The notes under the pieces were generated by a model. The model made no database searches, was not told the origin of the DNA, and saw only the letters and a program-made list of their open reading frames with translations. From an uncultured Candidatus Saccharibacteria bacterium (lineage in GTDB: Bacteria; Patescibacteriota; Minisyncoccia; Phycocordibacterales; UBA918): a stretch of DNA of 47,610 nucleotides. Shown in pieces: positions 18,570 through 27,971 of this stretch (its first letter is position 1; each line of letters starts with the position of its first letter). The stretch is from the NCBI GenBank assembly GCA_964350735.1, contig CAYGKO010000003.1:118452-166061 (forward strand), given 5' to 3'. The position numbers and the translations under genes are program-made.

Positions 18570-19602
18570 GTGTGAAGATACGTCCATATAAAGTAGCGAG
18601 AGAATGATTCTGCTCGACTGACGCTCGTAATGCATTGATCATCGCATATTTCTCCGCTTCAGACCATGACAAAATTTTTTGCGCTTGAGCAGCGAAGCCT
18701 CTGATATCTCCCTTGTCTTCGAACAATCTGTGTGGCAGCAACATAGCTTCAAAAGCTTTATTTCCAGTAATTGGAATACATCCACACGCCATTGCTTCTA
18801 AGATCACTTTATCTAAACCATCATGCTCAGACGGATTCATGAAAATAACCGCCGACTGGTATAACTTCAACAACTCTGACTGATTAACAGGTGGTCTGAT
18901 CTCAATCGTGTCTGATAAATCATTTGCGTTGATGAGGTCAATGATTTCTTGATGGTAGATTTTATCAGTCGCTTCCCCTACCAGCACGACTCGTAATGAC
19001 TGCTCCCTCTGCTGCAGCAGCGCTATTGTTTTAATCACCTGTTCAATCTTCTTTGTTCGTGAAAACCGTCCTGCGAACAAGATGTCGACATTTCTTTCTT
19101 CCGAAACGGGTAAACTAAATAGGTCGAGATCGATTGCGTGCCCAATCACCAAACGCTTCTGCGATCGAATTGGAAAGCTCGCAGCTGCCGCAGTATAAAC
19201 CCGATCAGTAAAAATTAGAGCTAGCCTTCCCATAGTATTAATCTGCCCATGGGTCTTCCACCAGTAAAACTTTGTTGTATATAGCTTTCGCACTACAAAG
19301 AATGGAGCGGCGAGGAGATTATAAATAGCTCCCATGTGAAAAAAAACGTAGTCAACGCGCACGCGAAAAAATACCTGGGCAAAAACACGGTAGAACGTTC
19401 CAAGCTGTGACAACTTACTGGCTCCCCGCTCTTTTCCAAGTGAATATATCCGTACATGGTCGGGCAACTCATACTCGCCTTTCTCTAGACAGATCACGTG
19501 TACTTCGCTGAAATATTTAGAAAATTCGAAGATCCAACTATGAAAAAAACCCAGAATAGGGTGATTCCGATCTACAACTTGAGTACAAATGAGTAATTTC
19601 AT
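18562..19602 (-). CDS. Glycosyltransferase family 4
   Basis: Motifs FAGRFSRTKK and SEHDGLDKVILEAMACG. Confidence 0.9.
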   Translation of the reverse strand: MKLLICTQVVDRNHPILGFFHSWIFEFSKYFSEVHVICLEKGEYELPDHVRIYSLGKERGASKLSQLGTFYRVFAQVFFRVRVDYVFFHMGAIYNLLAAPFFVVRKLYTTKFYWWKTHGQINTMGRLALIFTDRVYTAAAASFPIRSQKRLVIGHAIDLDLFSLPVSEERNVDILFAGRFSRTKKIEQVIKTIALLQQREQSLRVVLVGEATDKIYHQEIIDLINANDLSDTIEIRPPVNQSELLKLYQSAVIFMNPSEHDGLDKVILEAMACGCIPITGNKAFEAMLLPHRLFEDKGDIRGFAAQAQKILSWSEAEKYAMINALRASVEQNHSLATLYGRIFTHD

Positions 19603-19606
19603 GAGA

Positions 19607-21025
19607 TTAATTAGCAGCTGCAGTCACTGGCATTTTGAGTGACACTGCCTGTTCCTGAATAGTGTCTTTTTGTTCTTCGGGTAGTAACGCCACTTCGATA
19701 CTATCCCGGAGAGCTTGATAGTAAGCCTCTTTATCTTCATACAAGCGCGTATCTGCAATGGTTTTCGATTGTCGCTTAAATTGAACCCGGAGGGCTTGGC
19801 TGTTAATAAATTTAACCATTTTCTGTGATAAACAATGTGGGTCTCCAGCTGGACACAACAGTGCTGACCTACCATCTTCTAACAAATCCAAACGCAATTC
19901 CGTTTCATACGCGACAATCGGTAGTTGTGCTGCTAAGGCTCTAAGTGTCATTTCATCACTTGTACTAGCAAGACCAGTTTCAATTAGCACATCAGCTGTC
20001 TTGAAATAAGAGGTCAGGTCACTGGATTCTGAAACAAAGACAACGTTTTTTTCAATCCCAAGTAGACTGGCTTTTTCGGTAAAGAGCTTCTTGGCTGGAC
20101 CACTGCCAACTACCACCAAACCAATTCGGTTCTGATATAAAATATTTCGCAACGAAACAAACACATCATGTAGATGGCTGTCTGCAGTCAGATCTCCAAA
20201 CGTCAGAATAATTAATTTGTATTCTGGATATCGTTCGTGTAGATCAAATGCAGGGACGCCATTTTTAAATGCATCAAAATTATAATACTGGGGTAGCACC
20301 CTTTGATCTGCCGTTTGTATCGACACCTTTTGTTTTAAACTCATTTCAATCTCTGAAGAACCGTAGCGCACACTAGGAGCCTGATGTACTACGTTTTTTA
20401 TAGCTCGCTTCTCCCAAAAAGAAATCTTTGCAGGTTGTAGATCAGTTCCAAAGACAGCATTATTTATCTGCACCTGCCATACTCTGCCAAATCTTTTACC
20501 TACTGCCATCGCTGCTACACCAGAAACGAGCGGGTCCATTGCCACGATAATATCTGGTCGCAAACTATCATTAAACAGCAAATCTTCTTCGGCTCGACTA
20601 AGTGCTGCCTCACCTGCCACAGTATGGTCTACCGCCTGGACGCTGTATGTCCACATATTTGTTGATATCCGCTCAGTCTCTTCTGTGGCCGAGCGACTAG
20701 AAAGAAGTACCATTACATGCACTTCATCAAACCAATATGATTGTTCGAGGTAGTATTTTTCGGCAATACTGCCCTTTTCTAACACAGCGGTATTTGTCGT
20801 TATAAAAAGTACTCGTGATTTTGCTCGTCCGCTATCAAACGTCAAAATAGACGGAGCTCGCTTTTCAGCTTCGACTGATACTTGATTAGCATTATTTTCA
20901 GCAACACCTGGATCTGCAACGTGTAGCACATGATCAAGTACTGCATTTGCCACCTCAGACTGATCTGCCCAAGTATCACTTAATGTACTCTCAATGTGTG
21001 TAGTGAACTCTTTTTGTTTTGCCAT
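19607..21025 (-). CDS. GT4-like (GT-B fold) protein with a degenerate donor-binding motif
   Basis: RPDIIVA, LVVVGSGP, LGIEKNVVF and ADVLI motifs are present, but the E-x7-E motif is absent. Confidence 0.7.
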   Translation of the reverse strand: MAKQKEFTTHIESTLSDTWADQSEVANAVLDHVLHVADPGVAENNANQVSVEAEKRAPSILTFDSGRAKSRVLFITTNTAVLEKGSIAEKYYLEQSYWFDEVHVMVLLSSRSATEETERISTNMWTYSVQAVDHTVAGEAALSRAEEDLLFNDSLRPDIIVAMDPLVSGVAAMAVGKRFGRVWQVQINNAVFGTDLQPAKISFWEKRAIKNVVHQAPSVRYGSSEIEMSLKQKVSIQTADQRVLPQYYNFDAFKNGVPAFDLHERYPEYKLIILTFGDLTADSHLHDVFVSLRNILYQNRIGLVVVGSGPAKKLFTEKASLLGIEKNVVFVSESSDLTSYFKTADVLIETGLASTSDEMTLRALAAQLPIVAYETELRLDLLEDGRSALLCPAGDPHCLSQKMVKFINSQALRVQFKRQSKTIADTRLYEDKEAYYQALRDSIEVALLPEEQKDTIQEQAVSLKMPVTAAAN

Positions 21026-21032
21026 TCACATT

Positions 21033-21038
21033 AGTATA
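21033..21038 (-). promoter_or_regulatory. -10 box, putative leaderless start
   Basis: TATACT followed by 7 nt and then ATG 21025. Confidence 0.6.
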
Positions 21039-21044
21039 GCTGAC

Positions 21045-22175
21045 TTATGAACCAATCAAGAACGACTCTTTCCACGCATGTGCGTATAAAGACTGTGCTT
21101 GATGAATTTCGCCTGCTTTCGCATACCCCGCTCGCTGAAAACTGATACGTTGATCTCTGATAGAGACTGCCCGGAGTGACTCCTGTAGCTCATCGCCTGA
21201 CTCACTCTGAAGAACTACCCCATGCTGTCCTGAAAGTACAAGCTCTCCCACACAACCAACATCAGTTGTTACCAATGCCAAACCAGCTGCCATAGCTTCC
21301 AAAAGTACTAATGCATACCCTTCATGGGCGGAGTTAAGTACAAACACATCATGCGTAGCCATCAATGCAGGAACATCGTTAGTCCATGGTAAAAAAGTAA
21401 CGCGCTCTTCTATACCTTTATCTACCACCAAACCCCTTAGTTCTGACTCTTGGTTTCCTTCACCTAACAATGTCAGCTGATAACCTGGGCTTTCCTGGCA
21501 CAAAACTGCAAAGGCAACAATAAGTTCTGGCAATCTTTTTTCAGGAGAGAACCGACCAGCGTATAAAAAACGGACTATGGCGGGCGCTTCGTCATACGCA
21601 CGGTTTTTGCCCACCGTCAGAAACTGCTCTAGTTTTACCTGTACCGGAAGCACGGCAATTTTATCTCCTGTGACACCAAGCGGGATCAGTGATTTTTTAA
21701 TCCGATTTGACACCACCCGCACCCCTCTTGCGCGTCGCAACACAAACAAGCCAAAAACATATCGCAAGCGGTTAAGAGGTGAACTGACCAGCCAATTATC
21801 ATTACCAAAATTATCACCATGAATCTGTATATGATGGACCGCATTCTTTGCTTTAGCCGCAAAATATCCAACAATACTAGTCTCGAACGGATCTTGGCTG
21901 CTCACCACCCAGGTAGTATCAGAATTTTCTTTTAAGATTTTCTTGGTCAACCTATACCCATCAATCAACATCCCCAAACTCGAAGCGCTGTGTGTTCCGT
22001 ACACAGAAAGGGCCCCGGAATGATATTCGCGCGGACGACCTTCAGCCTCCCGCGTGAACACCACCATGATATGACGATCTACTTCTTTAGAAAATTCTTC
22101 CATACGTTTTTGTTCCCGACTATCTGTATCGAGGACCCGTTTGGCATAGCTCACGGCAAGTAAATTAACTGACAT
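21045..22175 (-). CDS. Glycosyltransferase family 4
   Basis: Motifs YAGRFSPEK and SAHEGYALVLLEAMAAG. Confidence 0.92.
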   Translation of the reverse strand: MSVNLLAVSYAKRVLDTDSREQKRMEEFSKEVDRHIMVVFTREAEGRPREYHSGALSVYGTHSASSLGMLIDGYRLTKKILKENSDTTWVVSSQDPFETSIVGYFAAKAKNAVHHIQIHGDNFGNDNWLVSSPLNRLRYVFGLFVLRRARGVRVVSNRIKKSLIPLGVTGDKIAVLPVQVKLEQFLTVGKNRAYDEAPAIVRFLYAGRFSPEKRLPELIVAFAVLCQESPGYQLTLLGEGNQESELRGLVVDKGIEERVTFLPWTNDVPALMATHDVFVLNSAHEGYALVLLEAMAAGLALVTTDVGCVGELVLSGQHGVVLQSESGDELQESLRAVSIRDQRISFQRAGYAKAGEIHQAQSLYAHAWKESFLIGS

Positions 22176-23295
22176 ATTTCTTGAGTAATGTTGCTAATCG
22201 ATCAACTGACTTCTCTTTAGAAAAATCTTGCACGCGCAAACGCGCGTTCTGGATCAACTTTTCTCGTTGTCGCTGGTCTGTATAAATATGAATAATACGT
22301 TCTGCAAATATCTCAACATCATCTACTGCAACAAGCGCTCCAGAGAGACCGTCTTGTACTAACTCAGGATTGCCACCCACCTCAGTAGTGACAATTGGTA
22401 CACCCAGGTCCATTGCTTCGAGTAGTGTGTGAGAAAGTCCTTCATAAGAAGTATTAAGCACAAACACATCTGCTGCGGTCATACTAGCCCCCAGCGCCTC
22501 TTTACCTAACCCCCCAACTAACCGCACCTGGCTGGCCACCCCATGTTCTCTCGCTAATTTATTAATCCTATCTTTCTCGGGGCCATCACCGGCAATCACA
22601 AGTGTCGCTTCTGGAAATTCCTGCTGAACCGCAACTAATACTTCTACCAACTTCTCCATTCCTTTCCACGGCACCAAGCGCCCAGCAGAAAAAAGAGTTG
22701 GGCTAGTGTATTCTAGCTGACTGCGCAATTCAGTTTTTGTTCCAGTTACTGCTAGAGGAAACAAAGCGCTATACACTACCTGGATCCGATCTATTTTTAC
22801 CTTAGACCACGTAGCAACAATTGACTGCAGATACTCACTCGGCACAACAACTAAGGCAGCTCGCGCTACTACATACGACTGGAGCCAGGAAAACATTTTC
22901 ACCCGCAGGCCATATCCACGACCTTGATTTTTGGTATATCCATCAAGGGTGTCCTGCACGCCAAAACGTTGTACTCCCTGCTCCCACGCATAGTCTCCAC
23001 CAAGGCGAACCAGAAGTGGAATACGTCGCAGTCGAGACACGAGCAAAGCCGGCCAGCCCACACTCATTGGATCCAGTGCAAACACTGCGTCAGCGTCTTT
23101 AGTGGCTCGGAAAAGTATCTGCGTATACCGCAGATGCCGAAACAACTTAGGGACTGAACGTACAGCACCATACGGCACAACCTCAACCACAAAACCTTTA
23201 GTTGGTAATTCTTTCGCAATCATTGCGGCGTAGGTGGCTGGACCACCAATATCAGGAGGAAATAATCCAGCAGCCATGACGATCTTTTTTTGCAT
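22165..23295 (-). CDS. Glycosyltransferase family 4
   Basis: Motifs FPPDIGGPATY, SAGRLVPWKG and YEGLSHTLLEAMDLG. Confidence 0.93.
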   Translation of the reverse strand: MQKKIVMAAGLFPPDIGGPATYAAMIAKELPTKGFVVEVVPYGAVRSVPKLFRHLRYTQILFRATKDADAVFALDPMSVGWPALLVSRLRRIPLLVRLGGDYAWEQGVQRFGVQDTLDGYTKNQGRGYGLRVKMFSWLQSYVVARAALVVVPSEYLQSIVATWSKVKIDRIQVVYSALFPLAVTGTKTELRSQLEYTSPTLFSAGRLVPWKGMEKLVEVLVAVQQEFPEATLVIAGDGPEKDRINKLAREHGVASQVRLVGGLGKEALGASMTAADVFVLNTSYEGLSHTLLEAMDLGVPIVTTEVGGNPELVQDGLSGALVAVDDVEIFAERIIHIYTDQRQREKLIQNARLRVQDFSKEKSVDRLATLLKKYVS

Positions 23296-23301
23296 AAATA
23301 T

Positions 23302-23310
23302 ATTGTATCA
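23302..23310 (-). promoter_or_regulatory. Extended -10 box, putative leaderless start
   Basis: TGaTACAAT followed by 6 nt and then ATG 23295. Confidence 0.65.
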
Positions 23311-23321
23311 ACAGTTTCCCC

Positions 23322-24332
23322 TTACGGTACAAGATCAATAATTACTCGGGCAGTCTTCTCAGCGTCGCCTCGAACTAAACTACGAACCAACACATCAGCC
23401 GAACTTTTTTTTACAACTTCTCGGCTCAATAAATCTTGACGAATTACCTTCATACCAAGCTCGGCACTATCATCAATAACTGGAAGTTGCCCCGCTTTAG
23501 CATACTTTTCAAGCAAATCTTCTGCGACATCTCCCGTATTCACTAAAACCACATCAGGGGTTCGACCTACATACTTCATCACCTCATCTACATGCCCTTT
23601 AAGGGTGAGATTATCAGTCTGACCTGGTCTGGTCATTAAGTTTGAAGCAAATACAAATGTGGCAGTAGTGTCCTGCAAAGCTTCCGCCACACCCCCAATG
23701 ACACAACTCGCGAGTAAACTTGAATAAATATCTCCTGGTCCAAGCAGCACCAGATCAGCTTCTGCAATCGCTCCCTTAACCTCTGTAGTAATCATTCCTT
23801 TTGGTTCAGCCCAAAAATTTACAATCCTCTTTCCGTAGCGATCTAAAGCAGGCTCATCAATATCATGCTCTCCTTTCACTACTAAGCCGTCTTCATACTC
23901 TGCAACAATATGTACATCATCTACAGTTACTGGTAAGACTTGGCCGCGAACTCGCAAAATACGGGAAGCAGCTTTAATGGCAACCGCTTCTGATCCAAGC
24001 AATTCTGTAAGCGCAATCAGGAGCAGATTACCAAAATTATGACCTTTTACACCCTCGCCTTTCTCAAAACGATACAAAAATAATTCTCGCACCAACTGCT
24101 CATGATCATCTACATCTGTCGCCAGAGCTGCCAGACCTCGATTAACATCACTCAATGGGAGTATTCCAAACTCATCTCGAATCCGAGCGTTTGAGCCGCC
24201 CGAGTCCGCCATGGAAACGACAGCTGTAACATCATGGGTCTCATGATATTTTTTAAGTCCGCGCAACACTGGATGAATACCAGACCCGCCGCCAATTACT
24301 ACTATCTTCTTGCGTTCAGTTTTTTCGATCAT
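23322..24332 (-). CDS. yvcK: YvcK/GlmR (UPF0052, CofD-related) protein
   Basis: Motifs VVIGGGSG, ADSGGS, YRF..G..GHNFGNL, GEHDID, LGPGDIYSS and NLMTRPGQTD. Confidence 0.9.
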   Translation of the reverse strand: MIEKTERKKIVVIGGGSGIHPVLRGLKKYHETHDVTAVVSMADSGGSNARIRDEFGILPLSDVNRGLAALATDVDDHEQLVRELFLYRFEKGEGVKGHNFGNLLLIALTELLGSEAVAIKAASRILRVRGQVLPVTVDDVHIVAEYEDGLVVKGEHDIDEPALDRYGKRIVNFWAEPKGMITTEVKGAIAEADLVLLGPGDIYSSLLASCVIGGVAEALQDTTATFVFASNLMTRPGQTDNLTLKGHVDEVMKYVGRTPDVVLVNTGDVAEDLLEKYAKAGQLPVIDDSAELGMKVIRQDLLSREVVKKSSADVLVRSLVRGDAEKTARVIIDLVP

Positions 24333-24376
24333 ACGTATACATAACTTCTTTTCAGACTGAATTGTTACAAATACAG

Positions 24377-24382
24377 TATACT
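24377..24382 (+). promoter_or_regulatory. -10 box, putative leaderless start
   Basis: TATACT followed by 7 nt and then ATG 24390. Confidence 0.65.
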
Positions 24383-24389
24383 ACGACAT

Positions 24390-25388
24390 ATGAAAAAGCC
24401 TGGAACACTCGTGATTTCCCTTGATTTTGAACTCATGTGGGGGATGTTTGACAAGGTCACTCCCAACACCTACGGTGAGCAGATTCGCGGTGTACACACA
24501 GCCATTCCTCGCATCTTGGATCTGTTTCAACAGCACGATATCCACGCCACCTGGGCAACAGTTGGTATGCTACTTTATCCAGACTTCACTTCCCTACGAC
24601 ACGCAACAGATAAGCTCAGAGCCAAACCCGCTTACACCAACCCTGTCCTATCTGCGTACCAACACCTCTCTACCTTAGATTCAAACGCAGACCCCGCACT
24701 GTATTTTGCACCAGAGTTAGCGCAGCAAATCAGTCAGACTCCACATCAAGAATTTGCCAGCCACACTTTTTCGCACTATTACTGTCTCGAAGCCCAAGCC
24801 GGTAACGTACGCGACGCGTTTGCTTCTGACTGTATCGCGCTACACACAGCCACTCGAACATTCGCCGAACCAGCAACCTCCATCGTCTTCCCCCGCAATC
24901 AGTGGTCCCTAGAAGCTCTCCAGGTGTGTGCCGAACAGGGCTACACCGCCTTTCGTGGTACTGAAAATCATTTTATATACAGAGCGCGGAATGAATCGAA
25001 TAAGACAAATATTCTATTACGAGGGCTCCGTTTCCTAGACCGCTATCTCAACCTCACTGGACACCACACCTATCTCTCATCCAACCTTTCGATATATCGA
25101 AAGGTTGGGAGTCTGGTTAATATTCCTGCCAGCCGACAGCTGCACCCATATAGTAAAAAATTATCCTTTTTAGAAAAATTAAAACTGCAGCGAATCAAAT
25201 CAAGCATGACTCACGCTGCCAAGCGCGGCGAAGTGTTTCACCTCTGGTGGCACCCCCACAACTTTGGCGTTAATCAAACTGAGAACTTCGTAATGCTCAC
25301 TGACATTCTCAAGCATTTCTCGCACTTACAAAAAACTTACGGTATGCAGAGCCAGAACATGCATGAGCTTGCTACCGCTACTGTTTAG
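24390..25388 (+). CDS. Polysaccharide deacetylase family protein (CE4-like)
   Basis: Motifs VISLDFELMWG, ATWATVG, EFASHTFSH, SIVFPRNQ and FHLWWHPHNFG. Confidence 0.88.
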   Translation: MKKPGTLVISLDFELMWGMFDKVTPNTYGEQIRGVHTAIPRILDLFQQHDIHATWATVGMLLYPDFTSLRHATDKLRAKPAYTNPVLSAYQHLSTLDSNADPALYFAPELAQQISQTPHQEFASHTFSHYYCLEAQAGNVRDAFASDCIALHTATRTFAEPATSIVFPRNQWSLEALQVCAEQGYTAFRGTENHFIYRARNESNKTNILLRGLRFLDRYLNLTGHHTYLSSNLSIYRKVGSLVNIPASRQLHPYSKKLSFLEKLKLQRIKSSMTHAAKRGEVFHLWWHPHNFGVNQTENFVMLTDILKHFSHLQKTYGMQSQNMHELATATV

Positions 25389-26179
25389 AAGACCTTTCGA
25401 ATTTTTTCTTTCCAACTTTTTGGCAACGAAAAACCAAGGCTAAACAATATTTTATTAACTTGCTTCCCCGCAGAAATTACACCAACTGAAATACTACTCA
25501 GCAGGTGTTCTTTTATACTTGGGTTCCAATCCGCATCTGGATCAATTAATAACGCCTCAGTTCCAAATGAAAACTGGCTGCTGGTCAAAGCAGCCAAAAT
25601 TGACACTTCTGAAAGTGTATCAAGCTCCATCGTTGTGATTGGCGCGCCAAAATGTTCACTTCGATGGAAATCAACTCCTCCAGTTGCAATCAGACTTGGC
25701 TGAGCTACCCGCAGCTGACGCAATAAATTGGCAGCGCGAGTACGAGGCACGAGCTTCCCATCATATTGCTGATTCCAAATCTCTACCCCATCAATCACCT
25801 CCTCCATCACTACATCAAGCGCAAATTTATTTCGAACAGGATGTGCCAAAATTGTTAATGCCGCTTCGTTACTCCAGGTACGCAACATAGTCGCATCAGC
25901 AAACTGTCCTAAAAAGTCAGTTGATCCAAATTGCAAAATATGGGCATCTTTATACGGCACTTCAAAGCCCGGCACAAACACAAACGAATCATCTGAAAGC
26001 TCTCGGCACTCGGTCACAAAAGCCGCCGCCCCGGCAGCGGTCATTTCATCTGTATGCTCACTCATGCATGCAAAAAAAATATCTCGCTCCAGCAAAAAGG
26101 CTTTCAACTCTGGTAGTGACAGCTTTCCATCGTATGAGTGGGTTGAGTGGGTATGCAGCAGGCCTTGGAAAGTACTCAT
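25385..26179 (-). CDS. PHP-domain metallophosphoesterase
   Basis: Motifs LHTHSTHSYDG, SEH, PGFE, AHP, GVEIWN and GGVDFH. Confidence 0.88.
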   Translation of the reverse strand: MSTFQGLLHTHSTHSYDGKLSLPELKAFLLERDIFFACMSEHTDEMTAAGAAAFVTECRELSDDSFVFVPGFEVPYKDAHILQFGSTDFLGQFADATMLRTWSNEAALTILAHPVRNKFALDVVMEEVIDGVEIWNQQYDGKLVPRTRAANLLRQLRVAQPSLIATGGVDFHRSEHFGAPITTMELDTLSEVSILAALTSSQFSFGTEALLIDPDADWNPSIKEHLLSSISVGVISAGKQVNKILFSLGFSLPKSWKEKIRKVF

Positions 26180-27381
26180 AACTTAGTTTTTATTACATCA
26201 ATCAGTTCCATAAAAAATGGCTTCGGATCGCGCCAACTCCACACATCACTTTGTGTTCCAGCCGGAACAGTAAAAAAATCTCGCAGCGCCAAACGACGGC
26301 TAGGATATAAGACTGGACGCATCGCATCACGCAGAAACAACACCCGTAATAGATTACGGAGGTCTCCGAGCCAGTGTCTAGTTATTACTCCTTCGCGGGC
26401 TTCAATTAGAGCTGGTTCGTCTAAGTCCCCCGTTAGTTGCTGGTACGCCAAATACGGGAAGTCGACTCCAGCTGCAACCGCGAGTGGGAGTGAGCCCCAA
26501 AAACGACCGTTTATTTCCATCAAAAGTGGCGTACGGGTGTCGGCCTCAATCTTAAATTCCACCATAATTGGTCCCGTCCAATTAAGTGCCCGGACCAACT
26601 TTCTGGCTGCCGTCTCCATTAGCTCTACCTCAGTCCCTTCCCGTATTGTCTCTTTTAACACTGAGGCCCCTCCAGTTGGTGACATCGACCGCAACCGGTG
26701 ATGCACTGTTTGAGCTACCACCCGACCAGTCTCAGCAAGTAATTCCACACCGTATTCTTCGCCTACAATAAGCGGCTGCAATAGCGGCGACTCTCCAGTT
26801 GCAGTTTGTATATCTCGAAACAGTTGCTGCACCTGTTCCACTGAATGCGCAAACACGGCAGTGCCCGACACTCCGACCGACTCCTTCCAAACAATACTCT
26901 GCCGTGGCTTCACCACCATAGGAAACATAAACTCACTGCTGCGGCGTTTTATTTCTTCGCTGTTTTCTAATAACCAAGTCGGTATCACTGCTACACCGAG
27001 TAATTTCGCTTCGGAGTACGTAGCCGCTTTATTAAACGCAATTGAAAACGCGTCTTCATCAGCCCAATTAAATAAAATGACTCCCTCAAGTTCAGCGCGG
27101 CACTGTTGTAACGTTTGGTGAGTAGCATCAGAAAAAGCCAGTACCACTGGTAGGGTGCCACAGGCTTTAGCTTCCCGTTTCAATGCCTTCACAAAAGCCG
27201 CCTGGTTTATTTTCGGGTCAGGATAGACAAAGCGCTCCGTCATCCCAGAAGACCACAGGGCCATACCAGTGTTTCGTATACACCCAGCCGTCACCTCAAC
27301 GTGCTGCGCTCGCAAAGAACGCACCGCCGCTAAGGCTGACTTTAGGTGTCCATCAAGAATAATGACGCTCATACGTATCAA
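26176..27381 (-). CDS. ATP-grasp carboxylate-amine ligase
   Basis: Motifs FPMVVKP, LLQPLIVG, MVEFK and LMEINGRFWGS. The true start may be ATG 27372. Confidence 0.88.
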   Translation of the reverse strand: MIRMSVIILDGHLKSALAAVRSLRAQHVEVTAGCIRNTGMALWSSGMTERFVYPDPKINQAAFVKALKREAKACGTLPVVLAFSDATHQTLQQCRAELEGVILFNWADEDAFSIAFNKAATYSEAKLLGVAVIPTWLLENSEEIKRRSSEFMFPMVVKPRQSIVWKESVGVSGTAVFAHSVEQVQQLFRDIQTATGESPLLQPLIVGEEYGVELLAETGRVVAQTVHHRLRSMSPTGGASVLKETIREGTEVELMETAARKLVRALNWTGPIMVEFKIEADTRTPLLMEINGRFWGSLPLAVAAGVDFPYLAYQQLTGDLDEPALIEAREGVITRHWLGDLRNLLRVLFLRDAMRPVLYPSRRLALRDFFTVPAGTQSDVWSWRDPKPFFMELIDVIKTKL

Positions 27382-27428
27382 ATACTACTACAAGACTGGG
27401 TTTTTTGTTACATCTTAGCTATAAATCT

Positions 27429-27437
27429 TGTTATAGT
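27429..27437 (+). promoter_or_regulatory. Extended -10 box, putative leaderless start
   Basis: TGtTATAGT followed by 6 nt and then ATG 27444. Confidence 0.65.
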
Positions 27438-27443
27438 AGGGAC

Positions 27444-27971
27444 ATGAAAATCCTGATTGCGACCGCTCTCTTCCCGCCGGACATTGCTGACCCGGCTCCC
27501 TATGTGAAAGAATTGGCGACCAGACTACAAGCAAATCATATGGTCACCGTACTAACCTACGGTCGGTTCCCCGAATCTGTTTCAGGCGTCACGGTAGAAT
27601 ATATACCAAAACAGACTGCCGCCCTGTGGCGCATGTTTTTATTTACTCGTGCCCTATGGCGACTAACCCAAAAAGCTGACTGCGTACTGATCCAAAATGC
27701 CCCTTCAACCGAACTGCCCGCTGCTATCGTTGGTTTATTTTATAAAAAAAAGTTACTCATCATGGCTAGTGATACCAAGATCAAATACTCCGGGTGGCGA
27801 AAACTTGTATCGCTAGTAGCAAACATGAGTAGCCACAAACGACTTACTATCAACCTCCCGACTAGTCGACCAGAAATCCATCCGTTTCGGGAACTGTCTG
27901 ACACTGCCCACACTGATCACGAAACTTCGTGGAAAAAACACCTAACTACACTAGAAACTTATTTAGTATGA
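27444..27971 (+). CDS. Stand-alone GT4 N-terminal (acceptor-binding) domain
   Basis: MKILIATALFPPDIADPAPYVKELA resembles the N-terminus of the GT4 at 22165-23295. There is no C-terminal donor domain. Confidence 0.7.
   Translation: MKILIATALFPPDIADPAPYVKELATRLQANHMVTVLTYGRFPESVSGVTVEYIPKQTAALWRMFLFTRALWRLTQKADCVLIQNAPSTELPAAIVGLFYKKKLLIMASDTKIKYSGWRKLVSLVANMSSHKRLTINLPTSRPEIHPFRELSDTAHTDHETSWKKHLTTLETYLV

Noticed and set aside
18570-18635. Upstream start of the sulfotransferase
   Set aside because: It overlaps the GT4 extensively, and the family motif begins right after ATG 18569.
26147-27121. Plus-strand ORFs inside the ATP-grasp gene (representative of the many short antisense or nested ORFs in the track)
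   Set aside because: They lie fully inside well-supported genes and show no recognisable motifs.
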